Shown here: in pieces, positions 50,776 through 63,075 of the stretch | Numbering within the stretch: position 1 is the stretch's first letter | How the letters are laid out: each line of letters opens with the position of its first letter | Source of the DNA: Octopus bimaculoides | Taxonomy: Eukaryota | DNA: 64,000 nucleotides | Assembly: GCF_001194135.2 (NCBI RefSeq) | Contig: NC_068998.1 | Location: 48,517,215-48,581,214 of the forward strand | Direction: 5' to 3' | Notes under the pieces: generated by a model | Told to the model about the DNA's origin: nothing | The model's database searches: none | Seen by the model: the letters and a program-made list of their open reading frames with translations, nothing else | Made by a program: the position numbers and the translations under genes

Positions 50776-51208
50776 CATCACCATAATCATCATCATCGTT
50801 GTGTGAGTGAGAGTGAGAGCAAGCATTTAAATTTATACTATAAATAAGCACAGAAATCTCCGGAACAGGTAAATCCCCCATTTCTCTCTATTTATATATG
50901 TGTGTACATCATATCAGCTGGCATAGGTTGGATGGTTTGACAAGGGCTGCACCAGGTTCCAGTCTGGGTTGGTTTGGGTTCTATGGCTGGATGCCGTTCC
51001 TAACATGCCAACCACTTCACAGTGTGTGCTGGATGCTTTTAACATGGCACTGCATGAGCGCCTTCACATGATCACGGGCCCAACTGCTTTTCACATGGCA
51101 TCAGCAACCCGATGTCTGCAGGCCAATCCCGTTTGCGAGGGTGAGTGGCCTCAACATTGCTGCTGTGACAGAAAGGTGTTCTTGAGTACAGCAAATTGCC
51201 ATGTGTAC

Positions 51209-51253
<45 letters not shown>

Positions 51254-51601
51254 NNNNNNNNNNNNNNNNNNNNNNNNNNNNNNNNNNNNNNNNNNNNNNN
51301 NNNNNNNNNNNNNNNNNNNNNNNNNNNNNNNNNNNNNNNNNNNNNNNNNNNNNNNNNNNNNNNNNNNNNNNNNNNNNNNNNNNNNNNNNNNNNNNNNNNN
51401 NNNNNNNNNNNNNNNNNNNNNNNNNNNNNNNNNNNNNNNNNNNNNNNNNNNNNNNNNNNNNNNNNNNNNNNNNNNNNNNNNNNNNNNNNNNNNNNNNNNN
51501 NNNNNNNNNNNNNNNNNNNNNNNNNNNNNNNNNNNNNNNNNNNNNNNNNNNNNNNNNNNNNNNNNNNNNNNNNNNNNNNNNNNNNNNNNNNNNNNNNNNN
51601 N

Positions 51602-51670
<69 letters not shown>

Positions 51671-51789
51671 AAGTATAAACAAATGATGTAATGAATACGT
51701 TGTTAGTTTATACATTTTTTCATTTATCAAGAAACGGAACACAACACACACTGAATCTGTATTAACGAGAAAGTTTTATATAAATATAT

Positions 51790-52187
51790 TCTTTTATGCT
51801 TTTACTTGCTTCAATCATTTGACTGCAGCCATGCTGGAGCACGGCCTTTAGTCGAACTAATCGACCCCAGAACTTATTCTTTGTAAGCCTGGTACTTATT
51901 CTATCGGCCTTTTTCGCTGAACCACTAAATTACTGGGACATAAACACACCAACATCGGTTGTTGAGCAAAAGCAGAGGTACAAATACAGACACACACACA
52001 AATATATACATATATATATATGACGAGCTTCTTTCAGTTTCCGTCTACCAAATCCACTTGTGAGGCTTTGGTCGGCCCGAGGCTACAGTAGAAGACACTT
52101 ACCCAAGGTGCCACACAGTGGGACTGAACCCGGAACCATGTGGTTGATAAGCAAGCTACTTACCACACAACCACTCCTGCGCCTACG
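51790..52187 (-). mobile_element. Full-length young family B SINE
   Basis: Colinear with 37385-37809. Confidence 0.88.
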
Positions 52188-52790
52188 AGGAAATGTTATT
52201 GAAATAAAGGTGTAATTTTTCTAAGCAACAGCATATTTCTTATTTACTCAACGCTATGAAACCTGACCTAAGGACAACAGCATTTAATGATAAACCCTTG
52301 ACAATTAGAGAAAATATTTTCTATCACAACAACAAGCAGAACAATAATACTATCGCGTTAGCTGACCTCAAGTGTAACCATAGCAACTACACAAGTATAC
52401 AAAGTCAGTAGTTAATCCCACCTGGATAGAGTAGATAATCCTGCTTATCATGTCCATTGATTTATATATTGCATATCCTGTATGATCATTTTCAAACAAG
52501 ACTTCAAATGTACACAGCCACAAATTTAGTTCTTTCTCACCTTTACACACTGCCGCCATGGGCCCAAGTAAAATCACGAGTCACCATCACTATCATCATC
52601 ATGACCATCATCATCATTATCATCATCATCATCACCACCACCATTTAGCGACCATTTTCCATGCTTCCTAATGCCAACCGCTTTACAAAATGTATTGTGC
52701 ACTTTTCCCGTGGCACTAACAAGGTCCCCAAGTAACTCGCAAGACAAACCCCACAACTGAGAGAGTATGGTAATATGGAAGGTGGCTTTA

Positions 52791-52999
52791 TTTTTTATTT
52801 CTTTATTGCCCACAAGAGGTTAAGCATAGAGGGGACAAACAAGGACAGACAAAGGGATTAAGTCGATTACATCGACCCCGAAAGGATGAAAGGCAAAGTC
52901 GACCTCGGTGGAATTTGAACTCAGAACTTAACGGCAGACGAAATAGCGCTAAGCATTTCACCCGGCGTGCTAACGATTCTGCCAATTCGCCGCCTTCAA
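52791..52999 (-). mobile_element. Family A SINE with a perfect 14-bp target-site duplication
   Basis: GGAAGGTGGCTTTA at 52777-52790 and 53000-53013; intact head gaaggcggcgaattggcagaatcgttagcacgccgggtgaaatgcttagc. Confidence 0.92.
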
Positions 53000-53319
53000 G
53001 GAAGGTGGCTTTATGTCAGACGACGAGAGGTTAAAGCATGACAGATGGACAGGAACAGGTGTCTTGTTGCAGAGCAGACACATGGCTACTCCGATGGGAA
53101 AAGAGAGAGGAGAGCAAAAGAGAAAGAGAAGACGATGATGAAGATGTGCCGCAGCATATCCTCAAGGTACATCATCATCATAATCGTTTAAAATCCGCCT
53201 TCCATGCAGGCATGGGTTGGACGGTTTGACTAAGAAACTTGCATAAAATTAAAGCATTATGAAACAGCCCAAGAGTGAGAGATTTCTGAACCCAAAATTG
53301 CTTCTGTTGCTGTTGCTAA

Positions 53320-53530
53320 TGGCTTTCAATTTTGTCGCAAGGCCAGTAATTCTGGGGGAGGGAAGTAAGCCGATTACATAGACCCCAGTACTCGACTGGT
53401 ATTTATTTTATCAACCCCGAAAGGATGAAAAGCAAAGTTGACCTCAGCAGAATTTGAACTCAGGACGTGAAGCTGGACATTAACCATTTTCCCCCAGTGT
53501 GCTAATGAATCTGCCAGCTCGCTGCCTTCT
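53320..53530 (-). mobile_element. Family A SINE
   Basis: atcaaccccgaaaggatgaaaagcaaagttgacctcagcagaatttgaactcagg...gaatctgccagctcgctgcc. Confidence 0.8.
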
Positions 53531-53543
53531 TAATAATAACAAC

Positions 53544-53586
<43 letters not shown>

Positions 53587-53974
53587 CCATCATGTATTCT
53601 TATTTCTTGAAAGTTGGAATATACTAAACCTCGATATCTCTTTTTTCTGTAATCATTCACACACACACACATGTATACACGTTAACAGAAAGGATTTGCA
53701 ATTAAAATACTTGCATATCATATCCCATGTTTATTATATGCAGAGAAAGGCTGCAACTTTAGACTCGATAAACAGTTAACCTATTTACAACAGAATTTAA
53801 AATTAGAAAGTAGATCTATGTCGTAAGTGTGTTACCAACTGCTGATAGAAACAAGTATCTGTTAGAAAAAAGATCCATGCAAATAACACTGAAGGGGTGT
53901 CGGCAATAATACGGGGCTTGGAATGGCTTCTGACAGACATAGTGAGTTTTATCAGTAGCAGTTGTTCTAAAAAA

Positions 53975-54390
53975 ACATATATCCTCTCTCTTTCATCTTT
54001 TACTTGTTTTGTTCATTTGATTGTGGCCATCCTGGGGGAATGTCTTAGAATTTTAGTTCAATGTATCGACCCCAGTATGAATTGTTTTCAAGCCTGGTAC
54101 TTACTTTATCGATCTCTTTTGCTGAAGAGCTAAGTTACAGGGACATAAGCAACACACCAACACAAGTTCTCAAGTGGTGGTTGGGGACAAACACAGACTC
54201 AAGGATGCACATACAATGAGGGGTCGAACTTTCAGTTTCCATCTACCAAATCTATTCACAAGGATTTGATTGATTGATCCAAGGCTATAAGAGAAGACAC
54301 ATGCACAAGGTGTCACACAGTGGGACTGAACCCGGAACCATGTGGTTGGGAAGCAAGCTTCGTACGACATAGCCATGCCTGTGCCTATAC
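53975..54390 (-). mobile_element. Full-length diverged family B SINE
   Basis: Colinear with 37385-37809. Confidence 0.8.
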
Positions 54391-54399
54391 ATATGTGTG

Positions 54400-54785
54400 T
54401 ATGTGTGTGCACACATGTATGTGTATGTATGTATGCAAGTATATATGTATGTATGTATGTATATATGTATGCATGTATGTATATAAGCATGTATGTATAT
54501 ATGCATGTATATATGTATGTATGAATGTATGTATGTATGTATGTATGTACGAAGGTACATGCATGCATACATATGTATGTATCTATGCATGCATATATGT
54601 ATGTATGTATGCATGTATGTATATATATGTATGTATATATGCATGTATGCATGTACTTACATATGTACATATGTCTGCATGTATGTATGCATGTATATAT
54701 GTATGTATGCATGTATGTATATATGTATGTCTGTATGCATGCAAGTACGTACATATGTATGTATGTATGTATGTATATACGCATG
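54400..54785. repeat. Degenerate (TATG)n microsatellite
   Basis: Direct reading. Confidence 0.9.
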
Positions 54786-55543
54786 GTTAACAGTTGATTT
54801 CCTTTATAGATAGACAAAATGACAAAGGAGGCCAGACATAGCTTCAAATCCAATTTGGAACCAGTTTGTTTATTTGCCCAGCAGTTATATTCAGGAATGG
54901 CATCAATGCCACAGATTCCTTTTTTGAATCTCTTCTTAAAATTCTGAGTCCTCCCTGTCAATTGATTCAGTTTGCATCAATAACTTTGAGAAACTGGTTA
55001 TGATTACATCAAACCCAAAGATTTCTTGTGGTTTTTGCAATGGAAATGAATGAGGGGTTCAGGAATGTACTGTTTGTTATTTTCATTACGTTTTAGGCCA
55101 AACCTAGATTTCATAAACAGGGAAAGGCACAAATGGAAATTCCCTCATTGCTAACTGGCAGTTAAGGTTTGTTAATCTGAAATCCTAACTGATAAAGAAA
55201 CTCTCCTCCCTGCACCACCCCCTCCCACCTATCCACCCACACACACACACCCACACACACAGCCACCATACATACATGAGTAACAGCCAATCAATTTTCT
55301 ATTTATTTGTGTCATATAGATTACTCACAGAAATTCATTTAAATGATTAGCCCACTTCTGGCACTCACCCACCCTAACCCAAATGCAAATATGATTGGTA
55401 TTTAGTACACATCAAAATAATATTATTACACAATTAGTGGAAACAATTAAAGAAATGAAGAAGGGAGGTGCACTGCAACAGAACTAATGTTACAGCTTCA
55501 TTTGAGCACATTTGCCGCTAGTATTGGGTAATAGCTGCTGCTG

Positions 55544-55608
<65 letters not shown>

Positions 55609-55643
55609 GCCACTAGTATGTATAAACAAACCCCTACACTCTT

Positions 55644-55644
<1 letters not shown>

Positions 55645-55681
<37 letters not shown>

Positions 55682-56230
55682 TGTCTTCGTTTAACGTCTG
55701 CTTTCCATGCTAGCATGGGTTGAATGATTTGACTGAGGACTGGCAAGCCAGCTGGCTGCACCAGGCTCCAATCTGATCTGGCAGAGTTTCTACAGCTGGA
55801 TGCCCNNNNNNNNNNCTGGCAAGCCAGCTGGCTGCACCAGGCTCCAATCTGATCTGGCAGAGTTTCTACAGCTGGATGCCCTTCCTAACGCCAACCACTC
55901 CAAGAGTGTAGTGGGTGCTTTTACGTGCCAGTCATACGGTACTGGCAACAGCCACGCTCAAAAGCTGTTTTTTACATGCCACCTGCATGGGAGCCAGTCC
56001 AGCGGCACTGCCAACGACCTTGCTCGAATGATTTTCTAACGTGCCACCAGCACAAGTGCTAGAAGGTGACGCTGGTAACGATTACGCTCAAATGGTGCTA
56101 TTTACGGGCCACTAGCATGGAAGCCAGACAGCTGCTCTGGCAATGAACATGCTCGGACAGTGCTGTTAGTGCTCCACTGGTGCAGGTGCCAGTCATCGAG
56201 TATGGTTCAATTACGATTTCAATTTCACTT
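55645..56230 (-). mobile_element. Family C LINE 3' end with several internal modules; includes a gap-flanking duplication
   Basis: (CAT)n gtttaacgtctgctttccatgctagcatggg...; the 66 bp before the 10-N gap repeat after it. Confidence 0.8.
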
Positions 56231-56519
56231 GCCCCAACAATATATAATATATAATATGCACACACCACTTTTTTGTGCCTATGATAAGATGTACCCAGTA
56301 CACTTTGTAGAGTAGAGGATGCAACAACAAAGATAACATAGATTGATGAACGAAAGGAAACAACATAGGTTGGTAAACAAGTGGAGACAACATGGGACAG
56401 GGAGTGAGCAGAGACAACATAAGTTGATGAACGAATGGTTGAGAAAACTCCTTAGTCTTGCTGCAGTAATGCAACCTCTCCGGTACTGGTGCCATGATAA
56501 AATACACCCTATTATTAAC

Positions 56520-56855
56520 AGTGGTTTTGTTTCTATGTTCTGAGTTCAAATTCTGCCAAAGTCGACTTTGCTTTCCATCCTATTGGGGTTGATAGATTAA
56601 GGACCTGTCAAGCACTGGGGTCGATGTGGTCAACTTAGCCCCTCCCTCAAAATTTCAGGCCCTGTACCTATAATAGAAAGAATTATTAATAGAGGTTTTG
56701 TCTTAACATTCTGAGTTCAAATTTTGTCGAGGTGGACTTCGTCTTTCATCCTTTCAGGGTCAATAAATTAAGTACCAGTCAAGTACTGGGGTCGACGTGA
56801 TTGACCTCCCCGATCCTTCAAAATTTCAGGCCTTGTGCTTATAGTAGAAAGGATT
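56520..56855 (+). mobile_element. Tandem pair of family A SINEs
   Basis: ttctgagttcaaatt...gactt...catcc...aagcactggggtcga...aaaatttcaggcc...atagtagaaag occurs twice. Confidence 0.8.
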
Positions 56856-57274
56856 AATAATACTGGTTTTACTGCAATTCTATTGTTTTAGGTTGATGAC
56901 AAACCTGATACTTATTTGTAGGGTCAAGTTAGTTTTCACTAATGATACCTAATTCCCTTTTTATGGGGTCAATTTAAGGGTCCCTATAACGTTATCCTTG
57001 GTGGTCCTTAACTAAAAAAAAACAAGATCCACATAATTCGAAGCACTCTATGTCATCTTCTATTTTTAACTGTGTCGCTCAGAATTTTTTTCTTCTTGCA
57101 TTGCTGTTTATATGTGAATGTGATCTCGTACGTGACCTTATATGTGTGCGAGATCTTGTACAGGGAAGACTATTACCAGTGTATATATTTAGTCTTTTCA
57201 TCCTGTACATATAGATATCTAGAGTTTTTAAAAGGTAACAAATACTCTCGTAACACATTCTGAAAACTGCTAAT

Positions 57275-57500
57275 CAATGGTTTCAAATTTCAACTCAAAG
57301 CCAGCAGGTTTGGGGGTCCGGGGTAGGGGCTAAGTCAAATAGATCAAGCCCAGTGTTTAACTGATATTCATCTTATCGACCCTGGAAAGGGTGAAAGGCA
57401 GGCAAAGTCAACTCCAGCAGAATTTGAACTCAGAACATAAAGATGGACGAAATGCCGCAAAGCCTTTTGTCCAGCGTGCTAACAATTCTGCCAGCTTGCT
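57275..57500 (-). mobile_element. Family A SINE
   Basis: gcaaagtcaactccagcagaatttgaactcagaac...gctaacaattctgccagcttgc. Confidence 0.8.
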
Positions 57501-57734
57501 TCCTCGGAAACTGTTAATCATTGGATTATACATTTTCTATGCTGTTTGGCATAGAAATATTTTGGTAGTGTGCCGACATTATTTAGCATATAGGCAATTG
57601 TGTATATAGTGATAATTCTTCAAATTAGTAGTCCTTTCTTGTTTAATATATTCTACTGACTCCCAATAGCCGGAGGCTTGAATCTATTGATATTAACAAA
57701 TGGGAGAAAAGTACTCAATACTAGCATGGATTAA

Positions 57735-57930
57735 AAAAAGGGTAACCATGAATAACCATGGGATTGCACTTAGAAAGTTCCCCTCCAAGGGACAAGTCCA
57801 GGAAAGGTTTTTATGGAAGATTGCCAGTCGCCCTTGCATATCAGCCTTCCCGCTCCACGCCATGGATGTTATCCAAGGGAAAGGCCAAGGCTGATACAGC
57901 TTGGCACCAGTGATGTCGCAACTCATTTCT
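57735..57930 (-). mobile_element. Family E SINE 3' body
   Basis: accatgggattgcacttagaaagttcccc...gctgatacagcttggcaccagtgatgtcgcaactcatttctacag, shared with 62770-63075. Confidence 0.8.
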
Positions 57931-58589
57931 ACAGATGAAGCACTGCCTGGGGTTCCATATCTGTTTTGGAATGGTTTCTACAGCTGGATACCCTTCCTAA
58001 TTAATACCAACCACTCTACAGAATGTACTGGATGCTTTTACATAGCAATGGCACAGATGCTTTTGCATGGCACAGGCATCGGTGCATTTTATGTGACACC
58101 AGAACCCACACGCCCACAAGATTAGGACTGCTCAGTCGGAAAAGGATTCAGGGGACAAGCTTGTATGCAAGGGCAACCATGATTTATATAATATCAATGT
58201 ACGCACTATTATATACCTGAAGGGGACACATGAGGTCACTCCTTAGTTGAGTAGTTGTAAGCTTATTTTCAATCAGTAAAAGTTCTTAATCAATTCTGGT
58301 GATTACTTTACTTCGGCGATTAGTACTGGATTAATCACAGATTAACCGATTAACTGATGCATGGATTAAACTCACCCCATCTGATTACCCTCTTTCCTCT
58401 CTCTCTCTCTCTCTCTCTCCCCCTCTCTCTCTTCATGAAGAAATATGTCTCAGTTATATAACTGAATTTACAGAGAGAAAAAGATTCAAAATTAGTCAAA
58501 GATTATCGTAATATCATACTTTTCTATAATTAATCAATGTGCTTATAAGTGCACGTGTGTGTGTGTGTGTGTGTGTGTGTATCTATCTC

Positions 58590-59099
58590 TATCATCATCA
58601 TCATCATCATCATTGTTTAATGTCCATTTTCCATGCTGGCATGGGTTGGACGGTTCGACTGGTGCCTGGGAAGCCAGAAGGCTGGACCATGCTCCAGTCT
58701 GATCTGGCAAAGTTTCTACAGCTGGATGCCCTTCCTAACGCCAACCACTCCGAAAGTGAAGTGGGTGCTTTTTACATGCCACCGGCACAGGGGCCAGATT
58801 GGACTCGCAACGACCACGATCGGTTGGTGCTTTTTATGAACCACCAGCACAGAAGCCAGTCAAGGCGGCGCTGGCATCAGACACATTCGGATGGTGCTTT
58901 TTACGTGCCACCGACACACGCATCACAACTGCAATTTCTATTTAATTTTGGTTTTGATGTACTTGACTCAATAGGTCTCCTCAAGCACGGCATGTCGCCC
59001 TATGATCCAAGGTACTTTTGAGTGGGCTGGTTATGCGACACTGGTGTAGGTTACAGCTGTGAACTCACTTTATTTGCCGGGTCTTCTCAGTCACAGCAT
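58590..59099 (-). mobile_element. RTE LINE 3' end with ORF2 stop and complete 3' UTR, running into a gap
   Basis: Minus strand from the gap encodes AVTEKTRQIK*, followed by the UTR and the family C tail. Confidence 0.78.
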
Positions 59100-59814
59100 N
59101 NNNNNNNNNNNNNNNNNNNNNNNNNNNNNNNNNNNNNNNNNNNNNNNNNNNNNNNNNNNNNNNNNNNNNNNNNNNNNNNNNNNNNNNNNNNNNNNNNNNN
59201 NNNNNNNNNNNNNNNNNNNNNNNNNNNNNNNNNNNNNNNNNNNNNNNNNNNNNNNNNNNNNNNNNNNNNNNNNNNNNNNNNNNNNNNNNNNNNNNNNNNN
59301 NNNNNNNNNNNNNNNNNNNNNNNNNNNNNNNNNNNNNNNNNNNNNNNNNNNNNNNNNNNNNNNNNNNNNNNNNNNNNNNNNNNNNNNNNNNNNNNNNNNN
59401 NNNNNNNNNNNNNNNNNNNNNNNNNNNNNNNNNNNNNNNNNNNNNNNNNNNNNNNNNNNNNNNNNNNNNNNNNNNNNNNNNNNNNNNNNNNNNNNNNNNN
59501 NNNNNNNNNNNNNNNNNNNNNNNNNNNNNNNNNNNNNNNNNNNNNNNNNNNNNNNNNNNNNNNNNNNNNNNNNNNNNNNNNNNNNNNNNNNNNNNNNNNN
59601 NNNNNNNNNNNNNNNNNNNNNNNNNNNNNNNNNNNNNNNNNNNNNNNNNNNNNNNNNNNNNNNNNNNNNNNNNNNNNNNNNNNNNNNNNNNNNNNNNNNN
59701 NNNNNNNNNNNNNNNNNNNNNNNNNNNNNNNNNNNNNNNNNNNNNNNNNNNNNNNNNNNNNNNNNNNNNNNNNNTTGTGGGTAATAAAAAAAAATCATAT
59801 ATATATATATATAT

Positions 59815-60330
59815 AGAAAAAAATTTTAATTAAGGTACTCAGAAACCTGGATGTTTGTACATTTACAGATTTTTATTAATGTCACATATTAAATGAAGTG
59901 CTTTTCACCTAGTCGTGTAGATTATATATATATTGGAAGGTTTGGAGGTGATGTACAGAAATTATATAGAAAAAAATTAAGGTACTCAGAAATCTGGATG
60001 TTTGTACATTTACAGATTTTTATTAATGTCACATATTAAATAAAGCGCTTTTCACCTAGTCGTGTAGGATTTTCAAATATATCTTTTTCTGCCATGTAAT
60101 GACACATGTGCTTTTCTTGCACGGTCATTTTCCTTCTTTCCGGACTATTTTCCTCTTTCCTTTTTCTGACAAAGAGCCATGCTCAAAACATCAAACCCAC
60201 TCCTTCTTTTTTCCATCTCAAAATTTCTCTGAGCATCAATCTAATATACTTATTGCGTACATCCTTTTGACTTTTGTTGTCTTTCCTCTTTTTGCTCTTA
60301 ATTTTGATTTGCCGAAACATATATAGTCAC
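59815..60330 (+). mobile_element. Putative Penelope-like element with a 147-bp-period internal duplication and a hammerhead-like motif
   Basis: aaggtactcagaaa.ctggatgtttgtacatttacag...cacctagtcgtgtag at 59832 and 59979; motif ttt-CTGACAA-A-GAGC-cat-GCTC-AAAAC-ATC-aaa at 60163-60195. Confidence 0.55.
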
Positions 60331-60604
60331 TACGAGGATATATAAACCTCTAATAGGGATGGTTCCATCTAAATTACACTAGTTTAATATATTATATTGT
60401 TAAGAAGAGATATTTAATGGATATAGGTTAATTTATTTATTAATTAATTAACATTGCCTACAATTGTTTCATTCAATACAAATTACAAACATAATATTAT
60501 ATATATACATTTGTAATTATGCATATATAATATATTCAACTCTGCGTGTGTGTGTGTGTCACAGTATATGGGTATACCTATTTTATGTTTATATATGTAT
60601 TTTT

Positions 60605-61010
60605 GTGTGTGCTGTGTGGTAAGTACCTTGCTTACCAACCACATGGTTCCGGGTTCAGTCCCACTGTGTGGTACCTTGGGCAAGTGTCTTCTACTATAGC
60701 GTCAGGCCGACCAAGGTCATGTGAGTGGATTTATGGATTTGATAGACAGAAACTGAACGAAGCCCATTGTACATATATACATGTGTGTGAGTGTGTGATT
60801 ATGTTTGTGCTTTTCCACTGCTTGATGACAAGTGCTGGTTGGTTTATATATCCATAACTTAGCAGCTTGGCAGAAGGGATCAACAGAACAAGTACCAAAC
60901 TTAAGCACAAAAAAATCTGCACTGGGGTTAATTTGCTTAACTAAACTCTTCGAGGTGGTTCCAAAGCATGGCCCCAGTCCAATGATGGAAACAAGTAGAA
61001 GACAAATGAT
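60605..61010 (+). mobile_element. Full-length family B SINE
   Basis: Head gctgtgtggtaagtaccttgcttaccaaccacatggttccgggttcagtccc through a diverged tail. Confidence 0.8.
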
Positions 61011-61289
61011 AAAAACCAAATTATATCTGCCACTAGGATCAGAAGATTGGCAATCAGCGCAATGCGGTGGCGCCACGGGTCAATTCTGCTACAGAACAGA
61101 TCAAATTATGGAAAACTAAGTACTTTCCAAGATCAATGGAAACAGTAAATAAAATTCCAAGGAGAACTAAACAGTCCTGAATCAACATAAAGTGAAATAT
61201 TGATAAACGAGCAACAAGTATTTCACAGTACAAACACATACACACACATGCACATATCTATACCAACACATACACATCTACAAAATGTG

Positions 61290-61399
<110 letters not shown>

Positions 61400-62769
61400 T
61401 ATATATATACATATAAATATATATATATAAATACATGTGTGTATATATATGTATGTATACACACACTCACACACACACACACAAATCGCTTTCTCACTTA
61501 TAGATATAGGCATATGCAAACATGAAAGTGTATACATGTACATGTACCTACACATACATCACATACACACACACACACAAAGATGTAATTACACATACAC
61601 AGATACAGGCACACACAAACATGTGCATGAATATACACACACACACATACACACACAGTTCACTGAATCCAATAATCAGTGCTGACATGATAGCTGTGGA
61701 TTATATTATCAATAAATCAACGGGTTATAAATAGTTTGTAGTTTTACTATTTATAATGTGGCCCCAGGGCGGTAGGATTGTGACTGATTAATGTTTACTG
61801 CTAACAGATAGTATGTACTGCCACAACAACAACAACAATGATAAAACAAAGATGGCACGGAACAAGAGAGAGAGAGAGAGATATAAGACAGGAAGAGAGT
61901 GGGGCAGGAAACAATAAAATGTTTTTGAGTTATTTTTGTATTTGGGAAAAGTTCTTTGTGGCTGTTTGTGTTAAGTGAAGAACACTGCGGAAAGGTTTGT
62001 CATGCACTGTTATAGCTATTATTTTTTTTGTTTAACCCTAGGAATGGTTCTAAAAGTGAAACGACAGCAACAGAACAAATGAGTACTTTTATGAAGACCT
62101 AACAAGAAGATCAGGTAAAGACGGCTGTGACTGTCTGGTCGTTGATTGCACCACCCTGAACCGGAAGCATCCAATTAGTCTATTTTGCTCTCCATCTTGG
62201 ATTAGATCTTGTTGTAAAGAAACACTGTTTTTTACAAAATTCTCTCAACTAATTTTCGTCTCCTACTCCCCATACAACCATGCAATCTCTAGCCATCAAC
62301 CAACTTATTCAATTCATGCCTTGGGGAGCCACCTGCACACCTCATTTCCATTGTTTGTCTCTTTGTAACTCTTACTTACCATTCACTCCTTCTCTTCTAA
62401 ATGTGAGAAACCATACAGCCCCTCTACAAGAACCTGCTCTTCTCTCTCCCTCACATATCTCTCATATTTTAACCTCTAATTCTCCTAGCTTAAAACCAAC
62501 CCTCTTGCTCACCTTGGGTCTCATAGTTTTATGAGCTGTATAGTGATCTCAACGGTGAAGGTGGCACAGAAAAAGCACCCAGTACATGCTGTAAAGCAGT
62601 TGGCATTAGGTAAAGCATTCAGCATTAAAAACTTTAGAAGCTAGAGTATGATGCAGTCCTTAGACCCATCAGATCCTGTCAAACCATCCAACCGATGCCA
62701 GCAAGGAACGTGAATGTCAAATGATGTTGATGTGTTTAATCTAAAAATTCTGTTACATTAAAAAAGTGT

Positions 62770-63075
62770 AAAAAAAGGCCTCTTTCGGGCATAAATGACC
62801 ATGGGATTGCACCTAGAAAGTTCCCCTATGAGGCACAAGTCCAGGCAAGGTTGTTTATGGAAGACCAGCAGTCGCCCATGCACATCAGCCTCCCCTCTAC
62901 AGGCCACTGATGTTATCCAAGACAAAAGGCAAAGGGGCTGATACAGCTTGGCACCAGTGATGTCGAAACTCATTTCTACAGCTGAGTGAACCGGAACAAT
63001 GTGAAATAAAGAGTCTTGCTCAAGAACACAACACGCAGCCCAGTCCAGGAATTGAACTCACTACCTCATGATTAT
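62770..63075 (-). mobile_element. Family E tRNA-derived SINE with a CORE-like segment
   Basis: Minus head gtgagttcaattcctgg...gttgtgttcttgagcaagactctttatttcac, then the body shared with 57735. Confidence 0.8.

Noticed and set aside
55740-55881. 66-bp tandem duplication
   Set aside because: Identical sequence on both sides of a 10-N gap indicates a contig-overlap assembly artefact.
56211-56549. 112-aa minus-strand ORF
   Set aside because: It is generated by a degenerate ~27-bp tandem repeat plus a SINE start, has a non-ATG start, and shows no homology.
62042-62114. Plus-strand 73-nt exon with good splice sites
   Set aside because: It has stops in all three frames and overlaps a repeat-like start; at most non-coding.
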